Positions 56,958 to 64,000 of a stretch of 64,000 bases of DNA are shown here, one piece after another. The DNA is from an uncultured Candidatus Actinomarina sp. (lineage in GTDB: Bacteria; Actinomycetota; Acidimicrobiia; Actinomarinales; Actinomarinaceae). Positions within the stretch are counted from its first letter, which is position 1. Every line of letters begins with the position of its first letter. The stretch lies in NCBI GenBank assembly GCA_902596545.1, contig CACJUH010000004.1, positions 25,170 through 89,169 of the forward strand. Direction: 5' to 3'. Under the pieces are notes generated by a model. The model ran no database searches. It had not been told where the DNA came from and saw only the letters and a list, made by a program, of their open reading frames with translations. Position numbers and translations under genes: made by a program.

Positions 56958-59546
56958 TTATAAAGATTTAGCAGTTTTTTTATTGTGGTAATTTGCCCAA
57001 AATACAAGTAGTGTAGGCAAGATTAAAATTGATGCGACAAGTGCAAAACCCAAAGCAACAACAACAACTTGTCCCATTTGTTGAAATGGTTTTAATGACG
57101 AAGTCATTAAAATACCAAAGCCTGCCATAGTTGTAAATGCTGAGCCAAACAATGAACCGCCCGTTGTCTTTAAAGTTGTTTTAACCGCTTCAACTGGATT
57201 AGGAGCGACCAAGAGAGTTTCTCTAAACCTATTAGTTACATGAATTACAAAAGGTACCCCAATACCGATGGCTAATCCTGACAATGTTGAAGTTACAGGA
57301 TTAAGTGGAATATCAAGAAAATACATGCCTAAATATGTACCCATCACAATTGCAACAACTGGAAGAATTGTAATGACACCAAGAAATGGTTTTCTAATGT
57401 CAATTAAGTAATAAAGGATTAAGAAAGTCATTGAAGCTAAAATTGCAAATATAAGTGATTGAAATTGTGATTCAGAAATTAAATCGCTCACACTTTGAGT
57501 AACAATTGCATCGTTAGTAGCTGCAATTGAAACACCTAGAGAAGATAATGGGGTAAATGCATCATAAATATCATCTCTTAATTGGGCAGCACCTAAGGAA
57601 CCTGCAGAAGTTGTAATTCTTACTTGTTGTGCAGTTACTGTACTTTCTTCATTAAAGTAAAGGCTTGCTAAGAATGCTTCTGGGTCAGTACTTACAAGAT
57701 ACTCATAAAGTCCTTGTACGTCACCGGAGTCTTTAACTCTCAATGCGTCTATACCTTGAGATCCAGACATTAAATCAACACCAAAAGACCCGAGTGTTCC
57801 TAAAAGCTCCATGTCTGGCATAGCTGGTGGTGCACCAGGAGCTGCTCCTTGTGGAGCTAATAACTGTCCGACTGTACCAATAACAGATTCAGCTGCAACG
57901 TTTCCAGCATAAACTACAATATTTTCCTTATCGCTCAGATTGTTAATTGATTCAATAAGTGCATTGTGTATTTCTGGAGTTGCTAAATCTTCTCCTTCAA
58001 TTAAAACTGCAGTAGTTTCTCCAAATCCACCACCAAATTCTTCGGTTAATAAATCAAGAGTCTGTACAACTGGATCATCCTCAGGAAGAAAATCTGTAAA
58101 TTCAAAAATTGTTTCTAAGTTGGTAAAACTGAAATAACCGTAACCAGAAATAGCTACTAATAATGCTAAGGCTACCAATTTAAGTCTCTTAGGTATAATT
58201 CCACTAGATGCTGCAATTTTGTTTAATACACTTTCGCCAGATGATGAAAAAGCCTCGGTACTAATATTTCCTTTTGTTTCAGCTCTTTTATCTAATAAAG
58301 TTCTTATTGCAGGTACAAAAGTCATTACAAGAAAAAAGGCAAAGAATATTCCAGTAGAAACTAATATTCCAAAATCTTTTAATTCAGGTAATGGGGAGAC
58401 TATATTTGTTAAAAAACCAACTATTGTTGCAAGCGTTGCAAGAGTTAATGCAATACCAACAGATTTAAGTGTAGATGAAGTAGATCCTATTATTGAGTTG
58501 CCTGAACCAATCTCTTCTCTATATCTTGAAGTAAAGTGAATAGCATAGTCAACACCAAGACCAATCAAAATGATTGGTGCAATCTGAGACACTTGATTTG
58601 GTGCACCAATTATGTCTAAATAGCCAGGTCCAAGTATTGTTCCTGCGCCTTGCATCCAGCCTATTGATAGAAGTATTGCTCCTAAGCTTAAAAGTAAATC
58701 ACTAAATGTTCTTCTTCCAGATTTAAGAATACCAAAACCTTTCCTTGGCCTAATGAAAAATATATATGCAAGAACAACAAGAATGATGATGAATGCTTGG
58801 CCAAATAATAAACCTATTTCCTCTAGAAAATCATCACCTTCATTACCAAGCAAAAGCCCAAAAGAAAAACCAGAGACTTTTATATCTCCAATTGAAATTT
58901 CTGATAGTGCATCAGAAAGAGCTACTTCCATGCGAGGCTGTTCGATAAATGCTCCATCTGAACCACCAAATTCTTGAACAATTAACGAGCTGTCTATAGT
59001 AACGATTGCTAATCCTGCTGATGCAGTTGTTTTATCTTCATCATAAGTTGATGACAAAAGTGCAGCAGCAAAAGCCTTGAATTCTGGAGGCATTTGTCCA
59101 TTGGCTTGGTTATAAAGTTGTTTAAATTGCTCATCTGACATTGCACCTACATTTAGAGTAGGATTAAATGCTTTAGCAAAGTCAACTGGTGCAAAAAAAC
59201 CTTGTACAGCACCTCCTTGTTCTTTAACTAAATATGGGTATATTTCACTCTGTAAAACTGCTTTATTTATTTCTTGCCAAGCGAGGTATCCATCCACTGT
59301 AAGAACATCTTCTCCACTTACAATAATTTGAAAAACTGATTGTGAACCTGATGTTTGGAAGTACTCACCTAATTTAGACTGGGCTTGAATTTCTGGAGTA
59401 TCAAGTTCTCCACCAAAACTTGTACTCAATTCTTCAGCTTGACCTGCCATATAACCAAAAAAACCAGTTAGAAGAACTACAACAAGTATTGTGATTACTG
59501 GTCTTTTCGTTGCAGCTGAAGAAAAAAAGTTTGTTAAAAGTTTCAT
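56958..59546 (-). CDS. RND superfamily/MMPL family transporter
   Basis: Two repeats of 1 TM + large loop + 5 TMs; GLGVDYAIH, TIVGF, TTMAGFG. Confidence 0.9.
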   Translation of the reverse strand: MKLLTNFFSSAATKRPVITILVVVLLTGFFGYMAGQAEELSTSFGGELDTPEIQAQSKLGEYFQTSGSQSVFQIIVSGEDVLTVDGYLAWQEINKAVLQSEIYPYLVKEQGGAVQGFFAPVDFAKAFNPTLNVGAMSDEQFKQLYNQANGQMPPEFKAFAAALLSSTYDEDKTTASAGLAIVTIDSSLIVQEFGGSDGAFIEQPRMEVALSDALSEISIGDIKVSGFSFGLLLGNEGDDFLEEIGLLFGQAFIIILVVLAYIFFIRPRKGFGILKSGRRTFSDLLLSLGAILLSIGWMQGAGTILGPGYLDIIGAPNQVSQIAPIILIGLGVDYAIHFTSRYREEIGSGNSIIGSTSSTLKSVGIALTLATLATIVGFLTNIVSPLPELKDFGILVSTGIFFAFFLVMTFVPAIRTLLDKRAETKGNISTEAFSSSGESVLNKIAASSGIIPKRLKLVALALLVAISGYGYFSFTNLETIFEFTDFLPEDDPVVQTLDLLTEEFGGGFGETTAVLIEGEDLATPEIHNALIESINNLSDKENIVVYAGNVAAESVIGTVGQLLAPQGAAPGAPPAMPDMELLGTLGSFGVDLMSGSQGIDALRVKDSGDVQGLYEYLVSTDPEAFLASLYFNEESTVTAQQVRITTSAGSLGAAQLRDDIYDAFTPLSSLGVSIAATNDAIVTQSVSDLISESQFQSLIFAILASMTFLILYYLIDIRKPFLGVITILPVVAIVMGTYLGMYFLDIPLNPVTSTLSGLAIGIGVPFVIHVTNRFRETLLVAPNPVEAVKTTLKTTGGSLFGSAFTTMAGFGILMTSSLKPFQQMGQVVVVALGFALVASILILPTLLVFWANYHNKKTAKSL

Positions 59547-59634
59547 AAATCTAAAGACTACATTAAATATTAATTTAGCGGTACTTTATTAATGTTAAAT
59601 TAATGTAAATCTACGAAAAACTTAAAATAATAAT

Positions 59635-60780
59635 ATGCTTTATGCACTTTTAACTTCAATGATATTAAATTTTTCAATCTCACCAGATATGAGTCATGAA
59701 AACGAAAATCATTACACTAAAAATAAAATTGATAATTACGACATAATTACTATTTCTCAATCTGGAAGTCTTTTCTATAGTGTTACAAATCAAATTTTAG
59801 AAAGCGTAGATAATTTAAATACAAATGTTACTTTTATTGGACGAGCAAATGTTGGACTTGAGTCAACAACATTTGCAAATAATGAAATTAATTTAACTAC
59901 ATTAGATAATTTTTTATACAACTTATCGATTAAAACAATTGAATCGTCAGTAGTAGATTACTTTTATGATGAAGAAAGTAGTCAAGCTATTAGAGACAAT
60001 AAAATAGTTATTTCTGAGCTAACTGCAAACAGGTACGAATTAAATGTTGGCGATTATGTAAATCTTGTTGGACTTAATAGTGAAATTATTCCAATTGAAG
60101 TAGGTAAAGTCATTAAGGATTCCAAAATAGGCTGGTTTGAAGGTGTTGTAAATAAAGAGTTAGGTTTTAAATTAGGGATTTATAGAAATATCCAAGCGAT
60201 TATTTGGGATAGTCATATAAATGAAAATTTTTTGATTGAGCTTCATAAAAATATTAACTACAGAAAAGTTAAATTAACTTTTAGAGAAAACAGAGTTAAT
60301 AAAAATTGGGTTCTTCCAACAGCACTAGTAAAAGAAATGTTTGGTGATTTTCAAATCAAAGAAAGAGATGGCGTTTGGATTACTACTCAACCTTCATGGA
60401 GACAGGAAAATATTCAGCAAAAGAGAATGCCCATCATTGGTTTAACAGTTTGCCATAGACTTATGTGGGAACCTCTAGAAGGTGCTTTAAATCAAATTCT
60501 TGCAGAAGGCTTAGAAGATACTTTATCGATAGAAGAATTTAGAACCTCTGGAGGTTGTTATGCTCCAAGGAGAATCAACAGGTTTGATGCAGGAGGTAGT
60601 ATTTCAAGGCATGCTTGGGGAATAGCAATTGATATAAATACAAAATCTGGTTATCCGCCTAGAGTAGTTGAAATATTTAATGACTGGGGATTTGCCTGGG
60701 GAGGTACATGGACATCTCCCGATGAGATGCATTTTGAACTAAGAGATTTATCAGCCAGTGTTTCTAAGACCAGCGGCTAA
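59635..60780 (+). CDS. M15 family Zn peptidase with an N-terminal MacB-periplasmic-like domain
   Basis: SRHAWGIAIDIN (SxHxxxxAxD), WGGTW, DEMHFE; N-terminal VISELTA...LNVGD.V resembles MacB/FtsX loops. Confidence 0.8.
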   Translation: MLYALLTSMILNFSISPDMSHENENHYTKNKIDNYDIITISQSGSLFYSVTNQILESVDNLNTNVTFIGRANVGLESTTFANNEINLTTLDNFLYNLSIKTIESSVVDYFYDEESSQAIRDNKIVISELTANRYELNVGDYVNLVGLNSEIIPIEVGKVIKDSKIGWFEGVVNKELGFKLGIYRNIQAIIWDSHINENFLIELHKNINYRKVKLTFRENRVNKNWVLPTALVKEMFGDFQIKERDGVWITTQPSWRQENIQQKRMPIIGLTVCHRLMWEPLEGALNQILAEGLEDTLSIEEFRTSGGCYAPRRINRFDAGGSISRHAWGIAIDINTKSGYPPRVVEIFNDWGFAWGGTWTSPDEMHFELRDLSASVSKTSG

Positions 60781-63195
60781 ACCATTAATAGATAATAACA
60801 AAGCATTATTTTCAAACTGACTTAACTCTTTTTTTCTCATTTTTTTCATAAGAGAAACTTGAATCAAAGACAGAGGATCAAGATAGGCATTTCTTATATT
60901 TAGAGTATTTTTTAGAACTTTATTGTCATTTAAAAGTTCAGAATTTTGTTTTATTTGTTTAATCATTTTTATAACTAATTTTGACTCAATGAATATATCT
61001 TCATAAATATCTTGATATTCCTCCCCTACTAGTTCATCAACGTATAATTTAGAAATTTTTAAATCAGATTTAAATACAGTCATCTCAATATTGCTAATTA
61101 GGTTTTGAAAAAAGTTAGATGTTTCATAAATACGTCTAACTTTCTGTATTCCATATTTATTAATAAGACTTTCAAATGCTGTTCCAGCACCATACCAGCC
61201 TGTTAGTGTACTGCGTGTTTGGGCCCAGCCAAATACCCACGGAATAGCTCTGTAGTTATCTAATGAAGTAATTTTATTAGATCTTTTTACAGGTCTGGAG
61301 CCGATATTTAATGTTGATAGTAAGTTTACAGGTGTAACATTCTCAAAATAGTTTATGAGATTATTCTTATCTATAAGACTTCTGTATTTTGAATATGAAT
61401 TATGTGATAACTCTTCAAATATATTTTCATATTTCAATTTTGATTCAAGCGTGCTTGAAGAAGTATTAATAAATGCTGCAGAACCTAATTTAAGATTTTC
61501 AAAAGCTAAATAGTGAGTAGAGTATTTATCTGATATAACTTCTCCTTGTTCTGTATATCTAATTTGCGAAGAAATAGTTCCTTTTGGTTGGGACATTATT
61601 GAATCATATGTTGGACCACCACCCCTACTTATTGTGCCACCCCTACCATGAAAAAAATTAATATTAATATTATTTTTCTTAGCTATATTAAATAGCGAAA
61701 TCTGGGCTTTATAAACATTCCATTGTGATGCGATTATCCCACCATCTTTGTTTGAGTCTGAGTAGCCAAGCATAACTTCTTGGTTATTCCTTTTTAAAGT
61801 CTTTATAAATTTCTTGTATTTTTTATTTTTTAGCATTTCATTAATTATCAAATGTGATGATTGTAATTCTTCTATTTCTTCAATTAGAGGTGTTAGTGAT
61901 GGAATATTTTTATCTGGAATCAATGAACTGCATAAATTAAATAAATTTAACAAATCTTGGTGAGATTTAGTCATGGATAAGATAATTGAATTGAATACCT
62001 TCTGGCCATAAATATTCTGTAGTTCAGGTATTTCTTTAATTAAATTAATGAAGTCTTTATATATTTTTCCTTTTTTTGAATTAATAACTGATGAATTTTG
62101 ACGAATATCTAAAGCAACACCATGAAATTCAAATTGTTTTACATAATCAACAAAATCATCTAATTTAGATATTCGAAAATTCTTTCCAAAGACCTCATTA
62201 ACACTATTTTGGAAAATTTCCATATCTTCTAAAAATTCATTAAAAGAGTTATAGCCTTTATTATTTTGCTGAAAGTTTTCTAATCTGTGAAAAACTAAAG
62301 AAAGAAATATTCTAAATGGTTCGTCGAAATTTACTTTAGAGTAATGATCAAATTCTTTTTTCAATAAAATTGAATAATTTTTGATTCTACTCTCTAAAAT
62401 ATCAGGGCAATAAACAAAATTTGTTGAAACACTGAAATCATCTGATAATTCGATGATTTTTTCTTTATAAATACTGATTATTTGATTTGAGTATATCTTT
62501 AATGCCTCTTTTGTAATTTTTGTTGTTACAAATGGGTTACCATCTTTATCTGCTCCAACCCAGGAGCCGAAACTAATGTTGAAATTAGAGCTACCCTTAA
62601 TAATGTCTGGATCTGAAATAAGATCGTTATAAACGTTTCTGTATAAAATGTCTAAATAGAAAATTAATGACTTAACTTCATCTAATGGATTGGGCTTTGA
62701 AGACCTTGTATCCCTTGTGTACCAAAGTTGTGCAATCAATCCGTTTATCTCTTCCATGTTGTCCGAATCATTTTTTTCAATAATTTCACCAATTTTATAT
62801 ATTTTTTTTAATGTTGACTGTCTTGAGCTTTCAGTAGGGTGTGCTGTAAAAACAGGAGTAAAAGTTAGATGTTTTTTATCAGAGGGTTTAATTTTAATTT
62901 TTATATTTTCAAGAAAATGTTCACGAAAAACCTGCTCAGCAATATTTGATAAATAGAAAAATATTGTAAATGATTTAGTTATTACATATATTTCTTCTGG
63001 CTTGAGATGTTTAAGAAGATTGAAAATATCGTTCAGATATTTCTCATTTTGACTTGCTCTATATTTTTTTGATTTTTGACGAATCTCTTCAACTATTTTG
63101 TAATACTTAACACCTGCTTGTTGCTTAATAACATGTCCTAATTCATTGCCAAGAAGTTTTATAGTATTAGGAAGTGTGTCAAATTGAACAGGTAT
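60751..63195 (-). CDS. ppc: Phosphoenolpyruvate carboxylase (814 codons from proposed AUA start)
   Basis: Frame open from 63216 to 60751; LSNIAEQ, FTAHPTE, SWVGADKDGNP, MLGYSDSNKDGG, FHGRGGTISRGG, RAIPWVFGWAQ, AAGLRNTG. Confidence 0.93.
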   Translation of the reverse strand: MPVQFDTLPNTIKLLGNELGHVIKQQAGVKYYKIVEEIRQKSKKYRASQNEKYLNDIFNLLKHLKPEEIYVITKSFTIFFYLSNIAEQVFREHFLENIKIKIKPSDKKHLTFTPVFTAHPTESSRQSTLKKIYKIGEIIEKNDSDNMEEINGLIAQLWYTRDTRSSKPNPLDEVKSLIFYLDILYRNVYNDLISDPDIIKGSSNFNISFGSWVGADKDGNPFVTTKITKEALKIYSNQIISIYKEKIIELSDDFSVSTNFVYCPDILESRIKNYSILLKKEFDHYSKVNFDEPFRIFLSLVFHRLENFQQNNKGYNSFNEFLEDMEIFQNSVNEVFGKNFRISKLDDFVDYVKQFEFHGVALDIRQNSSVINSKKGKIYKDFINLIKEIPELQNIYGQKVFNSIILSMTKSHQDLLNLFNLCSSLIPDKNIPSLTPLIEEIEELQSSHLIINEMLKNKKYKKFIKTLKRNNQEVMLGYSDSNKDGGIIASQWNVYKAQISLFNIAKKNNININFFHGRGGTISRGGGPTYDSIMSQPKGTISSQIRYTEQGEVISDKYSTHYLAFENLKLGSAAFINTSSSTLESKLKYENIFEELSHNSYSKYRSLIDKNNLINYFENVTPVNLLSTLNIGSRPVKRSNKITSLDNYRAIPWVFGWAQTRSTLTGWYGAGTAFESLINKYGIQKVRRIYETSNFFQNLISNIEMTVFKSDLKISKLYVDELVGEEYQDIYEDIFIESKLVIKMIKQIKQNSELLNDNKVLKNTLNIRNAYLDPLSLIQVSLMKKMRKKELSQFENNALLLSINGLAAGLRNTG

Positions 63196-63196
63196 A

Positions 63197-64000
63197 TTAG
63201 ATCCTTTCAGTGCTTTTTATAAAGTCACTTCCTGTAGTGTCGAAAATAATAGTTTTAAGATTATTAAATTCTAATTGTGAAAATTTTGAGTGTGGTGTAA
63301 GAACTAGAAGCATATCATAGTCTTCGAACGAATTTGTATCTACCTCTCTATCAATTATATGGCCTGAAACTTTAAATTCTTCAACATAGGGGTCATAGTA
63401 AGATATATCGACTTCTTTATCCAAAAGCAATTCAGCAATATCTATAGCCGGAGATTCTCTCATGTCGCTAATATCTTTCTTATATGCAACTCCCATAAGC
63501 AATATTTTTGAGCTATTTAATATTATTTTATTCTTATTCAAAATTTCATTAACTTGATTAACTACATACAAAGGCATAGAGTTGTTGATTTCTTGTGCCA
63601 ATTCAACAAAACGAACTGGTTTACCTATTTGACGAGTTTTAAAAGACAAATATTCAGGATCAACTGGTATACAGTGACCACCAACTCCTGGTCCTGGTTT
63701 AAATGATTCAAAACCAAACGGTTTTGTTTTTGCAGCGTTTACTACTTCCCAAATATCAATATCTAACATTTTACACAACATAGCTAGTTCATTTATTAGT
63801 GCAATATTGACATGTCTGTAAGTATTTTCGAGCAACTTAACCATTTCAGCTTCCTTTGTGCCCTTTACAAGAACTGTTTCGTCAATTATTGATTCATAAA
63901 AAGACTGTATTTTTTCAGTAGAAACATTATTAATACCGCTAATTACTTTTGGTGTGTTCTTAAATTTCCATACTTCATTTCCAGGATCAATTCTTTCTGG
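63197..64000 (-). CDS. Nucleotide-sugar dehydrogenase (WbpA/WecC/UDP-Glc-GDP-Man DH family), C-terminal part
   Basis: Manual extension to the window edge: PERIDPGN...TPKVISG...EAEMVKLLENTYRHVNIAL; PGPGVGGHCIPVDP; YKKDISDMRESP. Confidence 0.92.
   Translation of the reverse strand, partial: PERIDPGNEVWKFKNTPKVISGINNVSTEKIQSFYESIIDETVLVKGTKEAEMVKLLENTYRHVNIALINELAMLCKMLDIDIWEVVNAAKTKPFGFESFKPGPGVGGHCIPVDPEYLSFKTRQIGKPVRFVELAQEINNSMPLYVVNQVNEILNKNKIILNSSKILLMGVAYKKDISDMRESPAIDIAELLLDKEVDISYYDPYVEEFKVSGHIIDREVDTNSFEDYDMLLVLTPHSKFSQLEFNNLKTIIFDTTGSDFIKSTERI

Noticed and set aside
60751-60780. 30-bp convergent overlap of ppc and the M15 peptidase (also 18 bp ileS/yggT, 22 bp ltaE/79-aa gene) as antisense regulation
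   Set aside because: Short tail-to-tail overlaps recur throughout this compact genome and are adequately explained by streamlining
3794-62956. Many 60-175 aa ORFs in the track lying antisense or frame-shifted inside long genes (e.g. 3794, 4574, 8179, 8928, 10399, 14198, 26763, 35581, 38286, 42453, 47052, 58219, 62690)
   Set aside because: Fully nested in well-supported CDSs, no family motifs, Ser/Phe/Ile-rich composition typical of antisense shadows in AT-rich DNA
62757-63195. ppc as a pseudogene or frameshifted gene
   Set aside because: No stop or frameshift in the upstream segment and all catalytic motifs are intact; only the start codon is non-canonical
1-64000. tRNA, rRNA, CRISPR arrays, transposases, integrases, prophage genes
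   Set aside because: None recognised; the few intergenic gaps over 60 bp are explained by promoters, the mraW-like hairpin, the ilv attenuator and rnpB

Overview
A 64-kb stretch of core chromosome from a streamlined, very AT-rich (roughly 30% GC by eye) actinobacterium. The best guess is the marine Candidatus Actinomarina/Acidimicrobiia lineage, inferred from DUF3040-mraZ synteny, SepF without FtsA, type-2 IleRS, the nif3/zinc-ribbon/RNase H/rnpB block and F420-type LLM enzymes. Contents in order: partial ygfZ-like gene, ccdA, nth, thyX; dnaE-rluA-lspA-dksA-like; an inverted ileS; the dcw cluster (mraZ to yggT, lacking murF and divIVA); an ilvD/queG block; an ilvBNC-leuAB operon running without gaps into a System I cytochrome c maturation (ccm) cluster; RNase P RNA; an MMPL/RND transporter; an M15 peptidase; PEP carboxylase; and a partial nucleotide-sugar dehydrogenase. 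I found no tRNA, rRNA, CRISPR, integrase or transposase. The most interesting signals are regulatory and missing from the ORF track. (1) The mraW-like RNA hairpin upstream of rsmH carries a 19-nt segment complementary to the mraZ Shine-Dalgarno and start codon about 450 nt upstream, suggesting a long-range RNA switch. (2) A leaderless Ile/Leu/Val-rich leader peptide and attenuator precede ilvB. (3) ppc must, and rluA probably does, start at a non-canonical codon, most likely AUA. (4) Five 10-bp-phased MraZ boxes overlap the dcw promoter. (5) Many transcription units look leaderless. All mechanisms are inferred from sequence alone; no database search or folding computation was run.
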